From Cyanophora paradoxa CCMP329 (lineage: Eukaryota > Plantae > Glaucophyta), in contig QPMI01000204.1 in assembly GCA_004431415.1 (NCBI GenBank), positions 1-64,000 of the forward strand: a stretch of DNA of 64,000 bases, read 5' to 3'. The translations under genes were made by a program, and so were the position numbers. This document shows, piece after piece, positions 1 to 12,800 of the stretch (its first letter is position 1; each line of letters starts with the position of its first letter). The notes beneath the pieces are model-generated. The model was not told where the DNA came from and did not search any database. It saw only the letters and a program-made list of their open reading frames with translations.

Positions 1-2086
1 GTTGATGACGCAGAACTGCGCGTTCTCGCAGAGACAGTCGCCTGCGCGCGGGGCGAGCAGCAACGGTGTGGGGGGGGGGGGGGGGGGGCGGGGGCGAGGA
101 GGGCACCCTGCGCCTGCTGGCAGCTGCACATGGCGGCGCTCCCTGCGGGGGCGGGGCTCGCGCTCGGGCTCGCGCGCGCGCGCGGAGCAAGGCGGGCGCA
201 GCGGGGGAGCGCGGGAGCGAGCGCCGCGCGGACCGCAGAAGCAGGAGCCGAAGAGCTGGGCGCGGGGCGTGAGGGAGGCGGGGGCGGCGGGGCCGGGGCG
301 GGCACCTGGGAGCAGTCGCAGAGGCCGCCGGCGAGGCAGAAGCAGTCGCCCTTCTGCGAGGTCCCGCACGTCGTCGCCGGGCCCGTCACGTTCAGCACCG
401 GCGTCGCTGCGCCCCGCCTCGCCCCGCCCGAGCCGGGGCGGCGGGCGGGGCGGGCGGGCGCACGGGACGGGGAGCGGTCGGAAGGCGCCCTCGAGGGGCC
501 GGGTGGGCGAGGGCGTGCGGGTGGGCGTGGCGACGGGGAGGGGCTGGGCGTCCGCGTGGGCGCCGGCGTGCCCGTCGGGTCGGCGTCGGCGCGAGCGTCG
601 GCGTCGGCGCGGCCGTCGGCGTCGGCGGCGGCGTCGGCGCCCGCGTCGGCGTCGCTGCGCGGCGGGCGCGTCGGCGCAGCTGCAGGCCGGCGGCGCGGCG
701 CGCCGGCTCGCGGCGGACCGGCGGGGTGGGCGGGGCGGAGGGGTTGGCGTGCGGTGGTGGCCGCGGGGGTCGGAGGCGGCGCCGTGGCGGTGGGCGCCGC
801 CGTGGCCGCCACCGGCGTGGGGGCCGCCGTCGTCGGCGCCGCCGTGGGGCCGTCGTCGGAGCCGTCGTGGGGCTGCGGTCGGGGCGGCGGTCGGGCGGCG
901 GTCGGGGCTGTCGTAGGCGCGGTTGTCGGCGCTGTCGTCGGCGCTGTCGTGGGCGCGGTCGTGGGCGCGGTGGTGGGCGCGGTAGTGGGCGCGGTGGTGG
1001 GAGCGGGCGCGCTCGTGGCGGGTGCGCTCGTCGCTGCGGCGACACCGTCGGCGCCGCGCTCGGGCGGCCGTGCCTGCAGCGCCGAAGGCTCGCTCAGGGG
1101 GGCCGGGGCGCGCGCGGCGGCGAGGGCGCACCGGTGGCGGCGGGGCGCTGCTCGGGGCCGGCGCCGCCGTCTCCGAGGGGCCTGCGCACGCGCCGGTCAG
1201 CGCGCCGCAGCGCGCCGCAGCGGCTGCCGCGGGGCGCGGGGCCGTGGCGCGGGGTCTGTGCACCCGTCGAGGGGACGGGGACGGTGGCGAGGGGGAAGCG
1301 GCCGCCGGAAGCTCGCGGGGGAGGCGTCAGCTCCTCGGCCGCCGTCGCTGCCGGTGCCGCGAGGAAGCTCTCCCCACCCGGCCCCGCCTCGGGCGCCTCC
1401 CCCTCCCCCGCCCCGGCCTCCTCCGCCTCTTCCTCCTCGTCCGCGCCGGATTCCTCCTCCTCCTCCTCGACACCCTCGTCCCCTTCGCCGTCCTCGCCGC
1501 CCTCGTCCTCTTCCTCTGCTCTCTCCTCCTCAGCATCCTCGGCGCTCTCCTCCGCGGCCCCGTTCTTCGTTTCGCCATCTGCAAGAAACGCCGTCAGCGG
1601 AATGAGTGGGCCGATGAGGCGAGCAAGCCTTACCATCCGCATCCTCGTCTTTCGTAGACGAGGCGTCCTCCGACTCGTCTGGCGCGCGAGGGTCAAATTT
1701 CATTTTCGTTAAACTGAACTGCGAACGGTACAGTGCGTAGGCACCGCTGGGCGCTAGGCCCAGCAACAAGCGCAAGAGGACCAAAAAATACTCCAAGAGC
1801 TACGCTCTCACCGTCGTGGCCGGCATCCGGGAGGAGAGGCGCGCGTGGACCGCGGGGCGCGCGACCACGCCCTGTGCTCCAGCCGCGTCCTGGACCGGCG
1901 TTTTTATCGCGGGCGCGCGCAGAATGCCGATTTGCGTCGACGGGGGCCGCCAGCGCTGCGCGGAGAGAAGGACCGTCGATTAGCGCCCGGCAGGTAACGC
2001 AACAGCAAGCACTCGGCTAGGTATCACACACCGACTACGGTCACGAGCGCCAGGAGCGCCAGCAGCGCGAGAATGGGGCGCTGCAT
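1..2086 (-). CDS. Secreted protein: signal peptide, acidic region, P/T/A mucin-like repeat and Cys-rich CxC modules (multi-exon, runs off the left edge)
   Basis: ATG 2086 gives MQRPILALLALLALVTVV|ALAAP (signal peptide, GT-AG intron), then an E/D-rich exon (~1400-1580), (APTT)n, and Cys-rich exons TCGTSQKGDCFCLAGGLCDCSQ, MCSCQQAQ, DCLCENAQFCVIN. A probable 1-bp error lies near 1700. Confidence 0.65.
895..1030 (-). repeat. Degenerate 12-bp coding tandem repeat encoding (APTT)n
   Basis: Repeated gtcgtgggcgcg/gtggtgggcgcg units on the + strand. Confidence 0.85.
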
Positions 2087-2401
2087 GTTGTTCGCAGAAA
2101 GGTAACGAAGTGCGCGTGTACCCGCCCCCTGAGAACTCGCCGCCTTCAACTCGGCTTCAGCTTGCTTCAATCTCTGCCGCAGTCGCAGCATCAGCAGCAT
2201 CAGCAGCATCCCCGATAGCGAGCGGGATCGGCAGAGCGATCGCTCGTGCGCCTCGAGCTAGGTGTTTCTGCGCCGGCGATCGCCGCCGTATACGTTAAGT
2301 ACGATCCTTTCGAAGCCTGTTAGCAAACCAGGTGCGGCGCCCCGCTCCCACCTTCGGGATCGGCGCCGCCATAGCTAAGAGCAGAGGACGCGCGCAGGGC
2401 A

Positions 2402-2978
2402 ATGGGCAAGAGCATGAGATCAAAGATTAAGCGGAAGTGGAGGGCCGTGAAAGCTGAGAAGCTCGCCCCCAAGGAGGTCGAGCGCGTCGCCAAGCTTCAT
2501 GACGCCCTGAAAGAGCGCCTGGGTTCGTGGAGGCCGGCGCGGGTTGCCGCTCACGACGCTCGGTTGCCGCTCACTGACTCAAATCTCGCACAGCGAAAGA
2601 GGAGGAGGAGCGTGCGCAGGAGCAGATGGCGGACGCTGAGCCGGCAGCAGCAGCAGCAGCAGCAACAGCAGCGGACGGATCGATGGAGGTCGACGCTGGC
2701 GCGTCGGGCGTGAAAAAGACTATTTCCAAGGTCTGCACGACCGCCATTCCCTCAGCCCAACGAGCGCTTCGCTCCGGCCACTTTCTTCTAATTCCGGCCC
2801 CCATCAGCAGAAGGCGCTCAAGAACAAGAAGAAGCAGACCAAAAAGCGGGTGAGCGTCTGCGTACAACGACAGCTTGCGTTTATCATCCTCTGAAATTGG
2901 TGTGTTGCTCAGGGCGGCTTCTGCGGCTCCCAGGGAATCGTAATCAAGAAGAAGAAGGGGAAGTCGTTAGTATGGTGA
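2402..2978 (+). CDS. LLPH: LLP homolog, 4 exons
   Basis: MGKSMRSKIKRKWRAVK matches the LLPH N-terminal motif (MAKSLRSKxKRKxRAxK). The spliced product has a Lys-rich C-terminus ending KKKKGKSLVW*. Confidence 0.8.
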
Positions 2979-3390
2979 ACTGGCCCTTATGAATTGATGC
3001 TCCATCGCGAGCGGCCGCGGGCTGCGGGCCGCATACGCATGCGTGTGCCGTGTGGCAGGCTGCATATGCTGTGTTGAATACACATATCCGTAACTGAACA
3101 AATGCCGCCGGGCGCGGGCGAAGCTCTATTCGCCAATCAGGGGGCCGCCGGCCAGATAGAGGATAGAGGCGTGGTTTTCAGCTGCAGGCACCGCGTATGC
3201 AGCCCCAAAGCTCTCCCCACGAAATCGACCGCCGGACGCGGCCTCTTATTTCGGGCAGCTCGAGTCTGCGGCATGCCACGGCGTCAACTGCAGAGCACGT
3301 AGAGGCCCGGCTGCCAGGCTGGAGGGTGCACCGTTCGCGGAACTTCACAGTTCTCGGTGGTCTGGGACGAGTAAAGTTCACGAGCGCCTT

Positions 3391-3779
3391 TCACGTGGCC
3401 ATGGGCGAGTCTGTCTCCATTTTGATCATCGGCGCGTCGTTGGGGGCTGCAGGGCGCTCTGCGATCGAGGCGACTGACTTGTACTTCGCAAGGAGCAGGC
3501 TGCGCGCTCGTCAGCTTCGCCCCCGCCACAAGCGCACTTGCCGCGCGACGCGCACTTGACCCGCTCAAGCTTGCTCTGCAGCTCGGCATAAGACTTGTTC
3601 TGGTCCTCGCGTGTAAGCTCCGCGCCGGGCAGGCTCTGCAGGTAACGCTGCGCCTCGACGAACTTCTCGTACAACGATGCTGCGAGTTTCATGGCATCCT
3701 TGTCGTCGTCGGCGCGCTGCAGGGCCTCCACAATTTGGCCGATGAGCGGCAGGAAGTCGAAAGAGGGCGTCGAAGCCAT
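3391..3779 (-). CDS. MED9: Mediator subunit 9-like, 2 exons
   Basis: FDFLPLIGQIVEAL...LYEKFVEAQRYLQSLPGAELTREDQ...LLLAKYK fits the Med9 pattern (FLP..., LPG...EQ, LL.KYK). Confidence 0.7.
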
Positions 3780-4176
3780 CCGCGACGTCCACGTAGCTGA
3801 CTACCGCGCGCGGGCTGCTAGCACGAGACTAGTACAGTTGCAGAGCAGTGCAATTGAACAAACACGGCCTGTGACACGCGTCTATGGGTACATGTACAGC
3901 ACACACTACACGTATGGCATGCGCACGACTTCGACGCTGTGAACAAAGGGCGTGAGTCCTGGGGAACGGAGCCCCTCTATCCGGTCTACGCGCTAACCGG
4001 CGCCGCACAGGACTGTGGGCGGAAGAGGTTGGTGGTCAACCAACCGGAGGGAGAGCTAGCATGCGCAGCTATTTCATCCTGCGATCGTAAAAATCGTCCT
4101 GCGAGAGCGTTAGCGATCCTGGGAGATCGAGAGATCTGAAGGCCGTCGCACCTCGCGAGGATGACAGCGCCCGAGG

Positions 4177-5561
4177 ATGCAGCGCGCGCCGGCGCCGCCG
4201 AGCAGCATGCGCAGCTGCTCTCGCCCAACGCAGAATGCCGAGCTCGCACTCCTTGCGCACGCTTTTAATCGCGCTGAAACGCAACCGCCGCGCGCTGAAA
4301 CGCAACCGCCGCGCGCTGAAACGCAACCGCCGCGCGCTGAAACGCAACCGCCGCGCGCTGAAACGCAACCGCCGCGCGCTGAAACGCAACCGCCGCGCGC
4401 TGAAACGCAACCGCCGCGCGCTGAAACGCAACCGCCGCGCGCTGAAACGCAACCCCGGGAGGTGTGGGGGAAGTTGCTGCGAGTGCAGCAGGCGTGCCGA
4501 GCCCGGGTGCAGTCACTGACTTGCCTGCCGGTGCGATATGTGTATCCCGCTTCACTCCGATCCCCCCCTGCTCTCCCTGTAGCTAGACCTAGGCCTCTCG
4601 AGCGGGTGGATCTACACTTATGCGTACGGATTGCTGATCAGCGCCCCATCAGCGGCAGCCTAGCCTGCTAAAGCACGCGCAGAAGAACGGTGTAGCCTGG
4701 TGCTTTTTTGGTACTTTTTTTGCGGAGCTGCTCCTGGAGTCCTGGAGAGCAGCTTTTTTTGCGGAGCTGCTCCTGCAGAGCAGCTCGGCAAAAAAAGGCC
4801 TTCAGTGCCACGCCGTGATCATGACTCCTGCTGAAGCGCGCCCCTGCGCTTGGAAGCCGCGCAGCCTGCCGCGCCGCCGCGAGCTGCGCGAGCTCGAGGC
4901 CCGCGTGCGCAGGCAGACACAGGCGATCAGGAGCGCGCGGGTTCGTGCGGTGCCCCGTACGCGTGTTCGGCGGCGGGGCGGGCTTCTGACGCCGTCGCAG
5001 CTCGCGCCAGGGTGTGTGCGCTCCGCCGGGACGTCGACTCCCGTCGCGATTCGCTTGCGGCAAGGTCGCCCATGTCCCTCTCTAAACGTGCTCGCCGGCT
5101 TGGGCGCGCTTCGCATCTTCTGCTGCGGCTTCAGTGGCGACGGCGGCGCGCGCCCGCGGCGCTTACCGGGCCTTCCTGGTGGCGCAGCTGCAGGCGCTGG
5201 TGCTGCAGTCCTGCCCGCCCGCCGCCGCCGTCGCCGCCGTCGACGTCGCCCTCTGCGTCCCCGTCGGCGCCGCCGAGCCCCAGGCCCGCCCCGCCCCGCC
5301 CCGCCCCGCCCCGCCGGCCCCGCCGACGGCCGCGCAGGTCTCGGCGTCGAGCGCGGTGCTGGGGCGGCGGGCGGAGGCGCTGGCGGCCTTCACCGACGGC
5401 TCCACGCGCGAGGCCCGCGCCCCGCCGCCGAGCTCTTCTACCGCCCCTTCTCCACCCGCGAGGCCCGCCGCCGCCCGCCCCGCGCGCCCCGCGCCCCTCA
5501 CCGTGGCACGCCCCCGCAGGTCGCCCGCAGCGCCGCCGCGCTCGCGTCGCCCGAGGCGTGA
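4177..5561 (+). CDS. Putative multi-exon hypothetical protein, 5' end uncertain; may include (RAETQPP)n
   Basis: Intron-like segments (GC donors at ~5284 and ~5464, GT at ~4944 and ~5064) join exons such as RELRELEARVRRQ, AYRAFLVAQLQALVLQ and AELFYRPFSTRE|VARSAAALASPEA*. No recognisable domain. Confidence 0.4.
4270..4454. repeat. Perfect 21-bp minisatellite, 8 full units plus a partial unit
   Basis: Unit cgcgctgaaacgcaaccgccg repeated without spacers. Confidence 0.97.
4754..4796. repeat. Inverted repeat with 19-bp arms, preceded by a degenerate tandem copy (4715-4753)
   Basis: tttttttgcggagctgctc-ctgca-gagcagctcggcaaaaaaa, one mismatch. Confidence 0.85.
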
Positions 5562-6831
5562 GCCCGCATGCGCAGCAGCGCTTGCGTGGATCCGTCCCAG
5601 TTGCACAGGGGGCGGGGGCCTGCCGTGCAACGGGGCGCCGCGGCGGAGGGCGCGGCGGCCCTCGCGGAGCGGCCCCGGGCCGGGCCCAGTCGGCCCCCCG
5701 AGGCTCGAGCCGCCCGCCCCCATCTCGGGCCTCCGGTCCTTCCTTGAGCCTCTGAGGGCCGACTGGGCCCCGGGCGTCGCCGCCCGCGCAGCCGCCTCCT
5801 GCCGCACCCCACGCCGCGCCGCGCCGCGCCGCCTACCACCATCCACGTGACCCGGCGCCGCGCGCTAGAAGAGCGCACCCGCTGTCCCGGCCCGTCGCCG
5901 CCCCTGGGGGTCTCGCCGGCTCGCATCGCCCGGTCTCCGCGCGCTCCCAACTCGGCCGGCCCTGGCTCCGCCGGGCCGCCTTCGCCTAGACTGATCATGA
6001 GTTAGGCTAAGCGAGGCATGTGGTGCTCGACCTGTTGCTGAGCCAGTGACTGCATTCGAATTCTGCGAGTCGGCGAGCTCAGCCTGGCAGACTGAGACGT
6101 CGACACTGTGACAGCTCACTGACTCAGTGAGTCACGATCAGCCACAGCACCTTAAGCTTCGCGCGCTGATCCGATGATCATGAGTCGCACAGTCACTGAG
6201 TGACACGCTCCCGCGCCGCGGCGCCGGGTCCACTTTCGCTGGGTCATGATCATGATAAACTTGAAACATAATCATTGAATTCTCATCTGCTTTATCATAG
6301 TATATCCATACGTCCAACGCACACATGCACGTGCTCGAATACACCTAGTAGCTATAGAATAGTTCTACAGCCTGGCAGCCTACCAAGCTAGCACTGACTC
6401 GATGATCATGAGAGTCGATGATGAGACCCAGGCAGGGACACCAATAACTTAGTATTGAGGATTTAAAAGATACATGAAATTAAAGCGATAAGAAAATAGC
6501 ACTCTACACTGTGATTCAAGCTTGTCATGCTGCCCGCGGCCATCATGGCATGCTGGGAAGGGAAAAGAACCGAATACTCGACAGGCGGAGGCACCGAAAA
6601 TTAAAAATCCGGTGATCGGATGACGACACTGTGACCTGGTAGCTATAGGCGATTTACGCCCCTGTACTGTACTACAAGGTCCCCCAACGACGTGTACAAA
6701 AACCAGTGTACGTAGCAGATCGTGAGGCGGGGCCCCCACTTGAAAAAGCCGGAAAGCGTGACGAGGGCGGGGCGGGCGGGCGACGGGGGCTCTGGAGGGC
6801 GGGGGCTGGAGGGCGGGCGGGGCAGGCGCCG

Positions 6832-9800
6832 TCAGGGCCCCCAGCCGGTGAAGCGGAGGAGGGCGGCGCGGAGCTGCTCGCGGCGGACGGGCTTGACGAG
6901 CGTCTCGTCCATCCCCGCCCCCGCGCAGCTCTCGCTGATCCCGTCCAGCGAGTTCGCCTGGCCCCGCCCCCCGCCCCGCGTCACCCCGCGCCCCCGCGGC
7001 CGGCGGCGGGGCCGGGCCGGGGCCGGGGGGCGCACGGTGAGGGCGACGATGGGGAGGCGCTCGGGCATGCCGGGGAGGGGCACGCGCGGCGGCAGCTGCC
7101 CGGCCGCGTCCAGCGCCCGCAGCCTGCGCCCCGCGAGCGTGAGGCCCCGCCGGGCGGCGGGCGGTGGCCTGGGAGGGGTGGCGCGGGGGCGCACTCGCGG
7201 GTGGCGGCGCGGCCGTCCAGCACCGGCATCTCCACGTCCTGCGGGGCCCGCCCCTCGGCGAGGGCCCGGGGCGCGGGGGCCCGGGGCGGCCGGGGCGGGC
7301 ACCATGAGGACGAGGTCGACGGCCGCCGCAGGCACAGCTCCACCGCCTCCCGCCCGTTCGCAGCCTGCCCCCGCGAGCTCAGCCGCGCCAGCGGGGCGGG
7401 GCGGGCGGGGCGGGGCGGGGCGGGGCGGGGTGGAGGGCTGGCCTGCTCGACGGCGGGGACGCCGAGGCGGGCGAGGAGCGCCGCGCACACCTTCCGGTTC
7501 ATCTCCACGTCGTCTGCCCCCGCCCGCCCCGCTCAGCGCCCCGCACCCACCCGGCGCCACCGCCGGCGCCCGGCGGCGGCCGGCGCGGCGCACCGACGAC
7601 GAGCACGACGGGCGGGCGCCCCAGCGGCGGCGCCAGGCGGGCCGGGGCGCCCCCGGTGGCGGCAGCTCGGCCGCGAGCGCCGGGCTCGTCGGCGCGCTCG
7701 GGCCGTCCGCGGAGCGGCGGCGGCCTCCGGCGCGGGCGGCGCCCTCCTTGAGGCAGGCGGCGAGGCGGTTAAGGCGGAGGGGCTTGTGGAGGACCCCCGC
7801 GGGGCCGCCGACACCACCACCGCCTGCGCCGCGTCGCCCCGGAGCAGGGCGCAAGGGGCGGGGCGGGGCGGGCCGGCGCACGGTGTTGGAGAAGGCGCGG
7901 CGGCGCTGGCGGCTGTACGTGAGGACCGTCACCTGCGCGAGCGGCGGTGAGGCCGGCGGGGGGCGGGGGCGGGGGCGGGGGCGGGCGTGGCGGACGGCGA
8001 GGGGCGTGGCGGGGCGGGGCCGGGTCGGTGAGGGCGCGCTCGAGGGCGCCGGCGAGGGGCTCGTCCAGCAGCACCAGCGCCCCCGCCCCGCCCCTCCGCC
8101 TGCCCTCCCCGCTGAGGCGGGGCCGGCCGGGCGGGGCGGGCCGGCGGGGGCGCGGACGGCGCGGATGGCGGCGGCGGCCTCCTCGGCGGTGAGGGCGGCG
8201 ACGACGCGGCGCCAGCGGCCCCGAGCCCGAGCACCGCCTCCTGCGGGGCGTGGGGGCCGGCGGCGGGGCGGGGCGGGGCGGGCGGGGCGGACGGCGAGGA
8301 GGTGGGCGACGGTGGGTCGGCGTGCCCGACGATTACGGCGGGGCCCTCGTCGTCGGGCCCCTCCCCCGCCAGCCCCTTCGCAGCCGCTGCCGAGAGCCCG
8401 CCGGGGGCCCGTACGCCGCCCCGATGGCCGGCACCTCCGCCCCCGGAAGGCCAGCGCCTGCCCCCGCCCGCCCGGCCCGCGTCGGGCCCCGGGGCCCGGA
8501 GCGGGGCGGGGAGGGCGGGGCGCACCGAGTCGTCGAGCTCGGGCGGGGGCCGGGGCCCGTCGCCGGGGCTCCAGCGGCAGGGCCAGCTCGAAGGAGAAGC
8601 GGGAGCCGGCCCCGGGCGGGAGGCCACCCCTGCGGCGCCCCCGGTCGGCGGGGCCGGGGCGGGGGCCGGGCCGGGGCGCGGGGCGGGCACGGATGGTCCC
8701 CTCCATGAGCTCCACGAGCCGCTTGCTGATCACGAGCCCTGCGCCGCGTCAGGCCCGCGCAGCGAGACGCCGAGGCCGGGGTACGGACCCATGCCCGTGC
8801 CGCCGAAGAGGCTGCGGGGGGCGGGGCGTCAGCGCGGGGCGGGCGGGGGCGGGGAGCGGGGGCGGGGCGCGGGGGCGGGCCGTGTGATGGAGGCGTCGGC
8901 CTGGGAGTAGTCGGCGAAGAGGCGCCGCACGGCCTCCTCGTCCATGCCGGGGCCCTGCCGGCCCCGCGTCGGCCCCGGGGCCCCGCGCAGGCTGCGGGGG
9001 CGGGGGCGGGGCGGGGCGGGGGCGGACGGTGTCCTGGACGTCGACGCGAAAGGCAAGGCGGGGGGCCGAGGCGGGGCCCCGCAGCGCGAGCCCCGACACG
9101 TAGGCGACCACCGAGCCGGCCCCGCTGAACTTCACCGCGTTCGCGATCAAGTTCCCCACCACCTGCGGGGAGTGGGGGGGAAGGCGATCAGGCCCAAGGC
9201 GTTCGGGCGGGGCGGGACCGGGGCGGGGGCGGGGGCGGGGCGGGCCTGCTTGAGGCGGTGGGGGTCGCCGCGGAGGCGGGTGGGGAGGGCCGGGGGCAGC
9301 CGGAAGGCCACCTCGAGGCCCTTGGAGAGGGCCGCGGGGGCGACCATCTCCAGCGTCTCCTCGAGCAGCTCCCGCAGGTCGAAGGGGACGGCCTCGAGCT
9401 CGACCTTGCCGGCCTCGATCTTGTGCAGGTCCAGAAGGTCGTTGACGAGGGCGAGGAGCTGCTCGCCGCACTGCCGGATGGACGAGGCGAGCTCGCGCTG
9501 CTCCCCCGTGAGCTCCGTCTCCTCCAGGAGGTCGTACATGCCGAGGACGCCGGAGAGGGGCGTGCGGAGCTCGTGGACCGTGTACGCGAGGAAGCGCGTC
9601 TTCGTCTCGTTGGCGACCTCCAGCTCGATGGCGCGCCGCTTCTCCGCGATGTCCTGCGCCACCACCAGCACGCCCACCACCCGCCCGCCGGCGTCCCGCC
9701 GCGCCGTCGAGGAGAAGAGCAGCCGCGGGGCCGACGAGGGGCGGGCCGCGGCGCTGGGGATGGGGACGAGCTCGGAGAGGGAGCCCGTGTGGGAGCGCGT

Positions 9801-12800
9801 GGAGCCGCTCGCCGCGGAGGCGGCCGAGGTGGGCGAGCGCGGGGCGCCGCGGCGGGCGGCGGCGGGGCCGGGGCGCGGGGCGAGGGCGCACTCGCGGCCG
9901 GAGACGCGGGCGCCGGCGAGGGAGGCGCGGAGGGCGTCCAGGGTGGCCTCCGCGTCGGCGGGGCGACGAGGGCGAGGAAGGGGAGGCCCGCGAGGCGCGC
10001 GGCGGGGCCCCCGCCACCGCCTCCGCCGCCCCGTTCGCCTCCACGATCCGCAGCTCCTCGTCCAGCGAGAAGATCGGCGCGTCCGCCCTGCCCGCCCCGC
10101 CCCGCCCCGCTCTGGCACGCAATTCGAACGGGGGCGGGGGCGGGGCGGGGGCGGACGAGGCGATGAGGCGGCGGAGGTCCTCGGCGATGACGCGCGCCGC
10201 CGCCTCCTGCTCCCGCACGGCCTCCTCCATCCGCTGCGCCCCGCTCAGGCGCGGGCACGGCGCGGGGCGGGGCCGGGCGGGGCGGGCCTTGCGCTCGGCG
10301 ACGTCGCGGACGACGAGCACGTCGACGGCGCCCCCGCAGTACGTCGCCGGCGCCACCCTGCCCCGGGCCCCCCGCCCCGCTCGCCCCAGCGCCCCGGGCC
10401 GCGGGCCGGCGGAGGGGCGGGGGCGGGCGCACGTGACTTCGACGGGGTGGGGCGGGCATGCGTCGGGGGAGAGGGCGGCGCACTCGAGGGCGGTGCCGGC
10501 GGCGCGGGCGGCGCGGAGGGCCTCCCCCAGCGGCCGGCCCCGGGCTCCCGCAGCAGCTCCTCCAGCCCCCGCCGCAGCGGCCCCGCATCCCCGCCCCCGA
10601 ACAGACGCCGCGCCTGCCGCCCCCGCGCCCCTCGCACCGGCGCGACGGCGCGGGGCGGAGCGTGCGGGGCGGGGCGGGGCGGGGCGGACGGCGGCGTTGG
10701 AGGCGATGAGGCGGCCGGCGGGGTCGGCGATGAGGAGGGCGTCGCCGATGCTCCCCGCCACGCTCAGCGCCTCCTCCATCGACCGCAGCGCCACGTCCAC
10801 CTGCCCGCCCCGCCCCCGCCCGCCTCAGCTGCCGCTGCCGCCGCCGCGGGGCCGCCCGGCCGGCCGGCTCGGGGGCACGCGCCTGGTCGAGCTCGCGGAG
10901 GGTCCAGGGGCGGAGACGGCCGCAGCGGGGCTCGCGCGGGGCGCGGAGGTGGCCGGGGGCGGAAGCGGCGTCGAGGAAGGCCAGACTCGAGAGCTCGTCG
11001 CTCACCCTGCCGCCCCTCAGCGAGGCCGCACCGGCGGGGCGGGGCGGGGCGGGCGGACCGCTTCATGGCGGTGGCGAAGGCGCGGAGGACGAAAAGGGAG
11101 AGGAGGAGGGCGAGGGCGCACGAGACGGCGCACACGGCCGCCACGATCGGCGTCAGGTGCCGCACCTCCCCCAGCACCTGGCCCCGCCCCCGCCCCCGGT
11201 CACCCCTTGCGCGGCCCGAAGCGAAGCGAACGGGAGAAGTGAGCGGACGTCGGCCTCGGGGGCGATGACGGCGACGGCGAGCTGGAGCTCGTCGGGCTTG
11301 TCCGCCCGCCCCAGGATCTTCACCAGGCGGCCCCCGTAGCGCTGGCCCCGCAGCCCGAACGAGAGCGCGTGCAGCTTCGTCTCCGCGCTCGAGCTCGGCA
11401 CGCTCCGCACCGCTGCGCCCGCGCCCCCGCTGGCCGCGGGCCCCGCGGGGGCGCGGGGGGCGCGGGGCGCACTGGGGAAGGGGAGGGCGCGGAGGAGCTC
11501 CCCGACCTCGGGGGCGAGCTGCGCCGCCGGGATGTACTGCAGAGCCTCAGCCACCCCGCCCCCCGCCCGGGGCGCCGCGCCGGCGCTCACCTCAAAGGCC
11601 CCGCTGGCGCCGCGGCGGGTGACCGGCGTGCCGTCCCGCACGGCGGCGGCCCGCGGCGTGCCCGTCGGGTCGTCCCCAGCAGCACCGCGTAGCCTGCGCC
11701 GGCGTCACGCGGGCGGCGCGGGGCGGGCGGGGGCAGGCGGGGCGGGCCGGAGTGGGCGATCTCGACGCGGGAGAGGAAGCGGGAGAGGTGGTCGTCCTGC
11801 AGGCCCACCCGCAGCACCGCCCGCAGCTCCCCGCCCGCCCCGCGTACACTGCGCGGGACCCGGGACCCGCCTCGGCGCCCCGCCCGCCGCCGGGCGCCCG
11901 AAGGGGGGGGGGGGGGGGGGGGGGGGGGCGCACGGGGCCGCGTGCACGTGAAGCCCGACCTCCCGAACACGAAGGGGTGCACTGCGCGCCGTCGGCGCGG
12001 GCGGCGCGGGCGAGGCGAGGCGGGCGGGGCGGACCGGGGGTCCAGGCGCGGCGGCGGCGGCTGAGGGCGAGCTTGTAGAAGACGCGGATGCGGAACTCGG
12101 TGGGGTCTGCCCCCGCCGTCAGGGCCGGGGCCGGGGCCGGGCGGGCGCGGGGGCGGGGCGGGGCGGGCCGGCGTGGAGGACGTCGAATGTGACGCGCTGG
12201 CCGGCGGGGGTGAGGTAGGACATGTAGCGGTCCATCTGCCCCGCCACGCTCCCGTTCAGCCGGTTCTCGACGATGCTGAAGAACGGGCGGGCCGCCCCGG
12301 GGTGCCCGGCCTCGAACTCCTCCGTCTCCCGCGTGACGACGAGCGTCTCGCCGTTGGGGAAGGTGATGCCGACGAAGGCGATGGCCTCCTGCCCGCGGGT
12401 GGCGAGGGCCTGCATGAAGAGCTTCGCGAGGGTGGGGAAGTCGCCCGACGTCGAGTTCACCGCCAGCGCCCCCGTCGGCTCCGCCAGGTACACCCCCGCG
12501 TCCTTCGCCCCCGCCGCCCCCGCCTCCTCCTCTCCGAACTCCACGATCGGGCCGTTGACGATGGCGATGCCCAGCTGCTCGCTCAGGCCCTCCGCCTGCG
12601 CCTGCAGCCGCCGGAAGTGCTCCGTCACCAGCACCGCCGACTGGCCGTAGTAGTACTCCGAGAGCCGCTCCAGCGCCGAGCTCGTGTAGGCCGCAGAGAC
12701 CGCTGCGACGATCTGCGGCGCGCCAGCGCTCGGCGGCGGCCGGCGGCTCGAGGGCGGGCTCGGCGATGCGCACCACCACAGCCGATAGCAAAATGACGAT

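Noticed and set aside
4270-4454. CRISPR array
   Set aside because: Contiguous identical units with no spacers, no cas genes, eukaryotic context.
6706-11268. Long + strand Arg/Gly/Pro-rich ORFs here and throughout the ORF track
   Set aside because: Stop-poor shadows of extreme GC content, overlapping real spliced genes.
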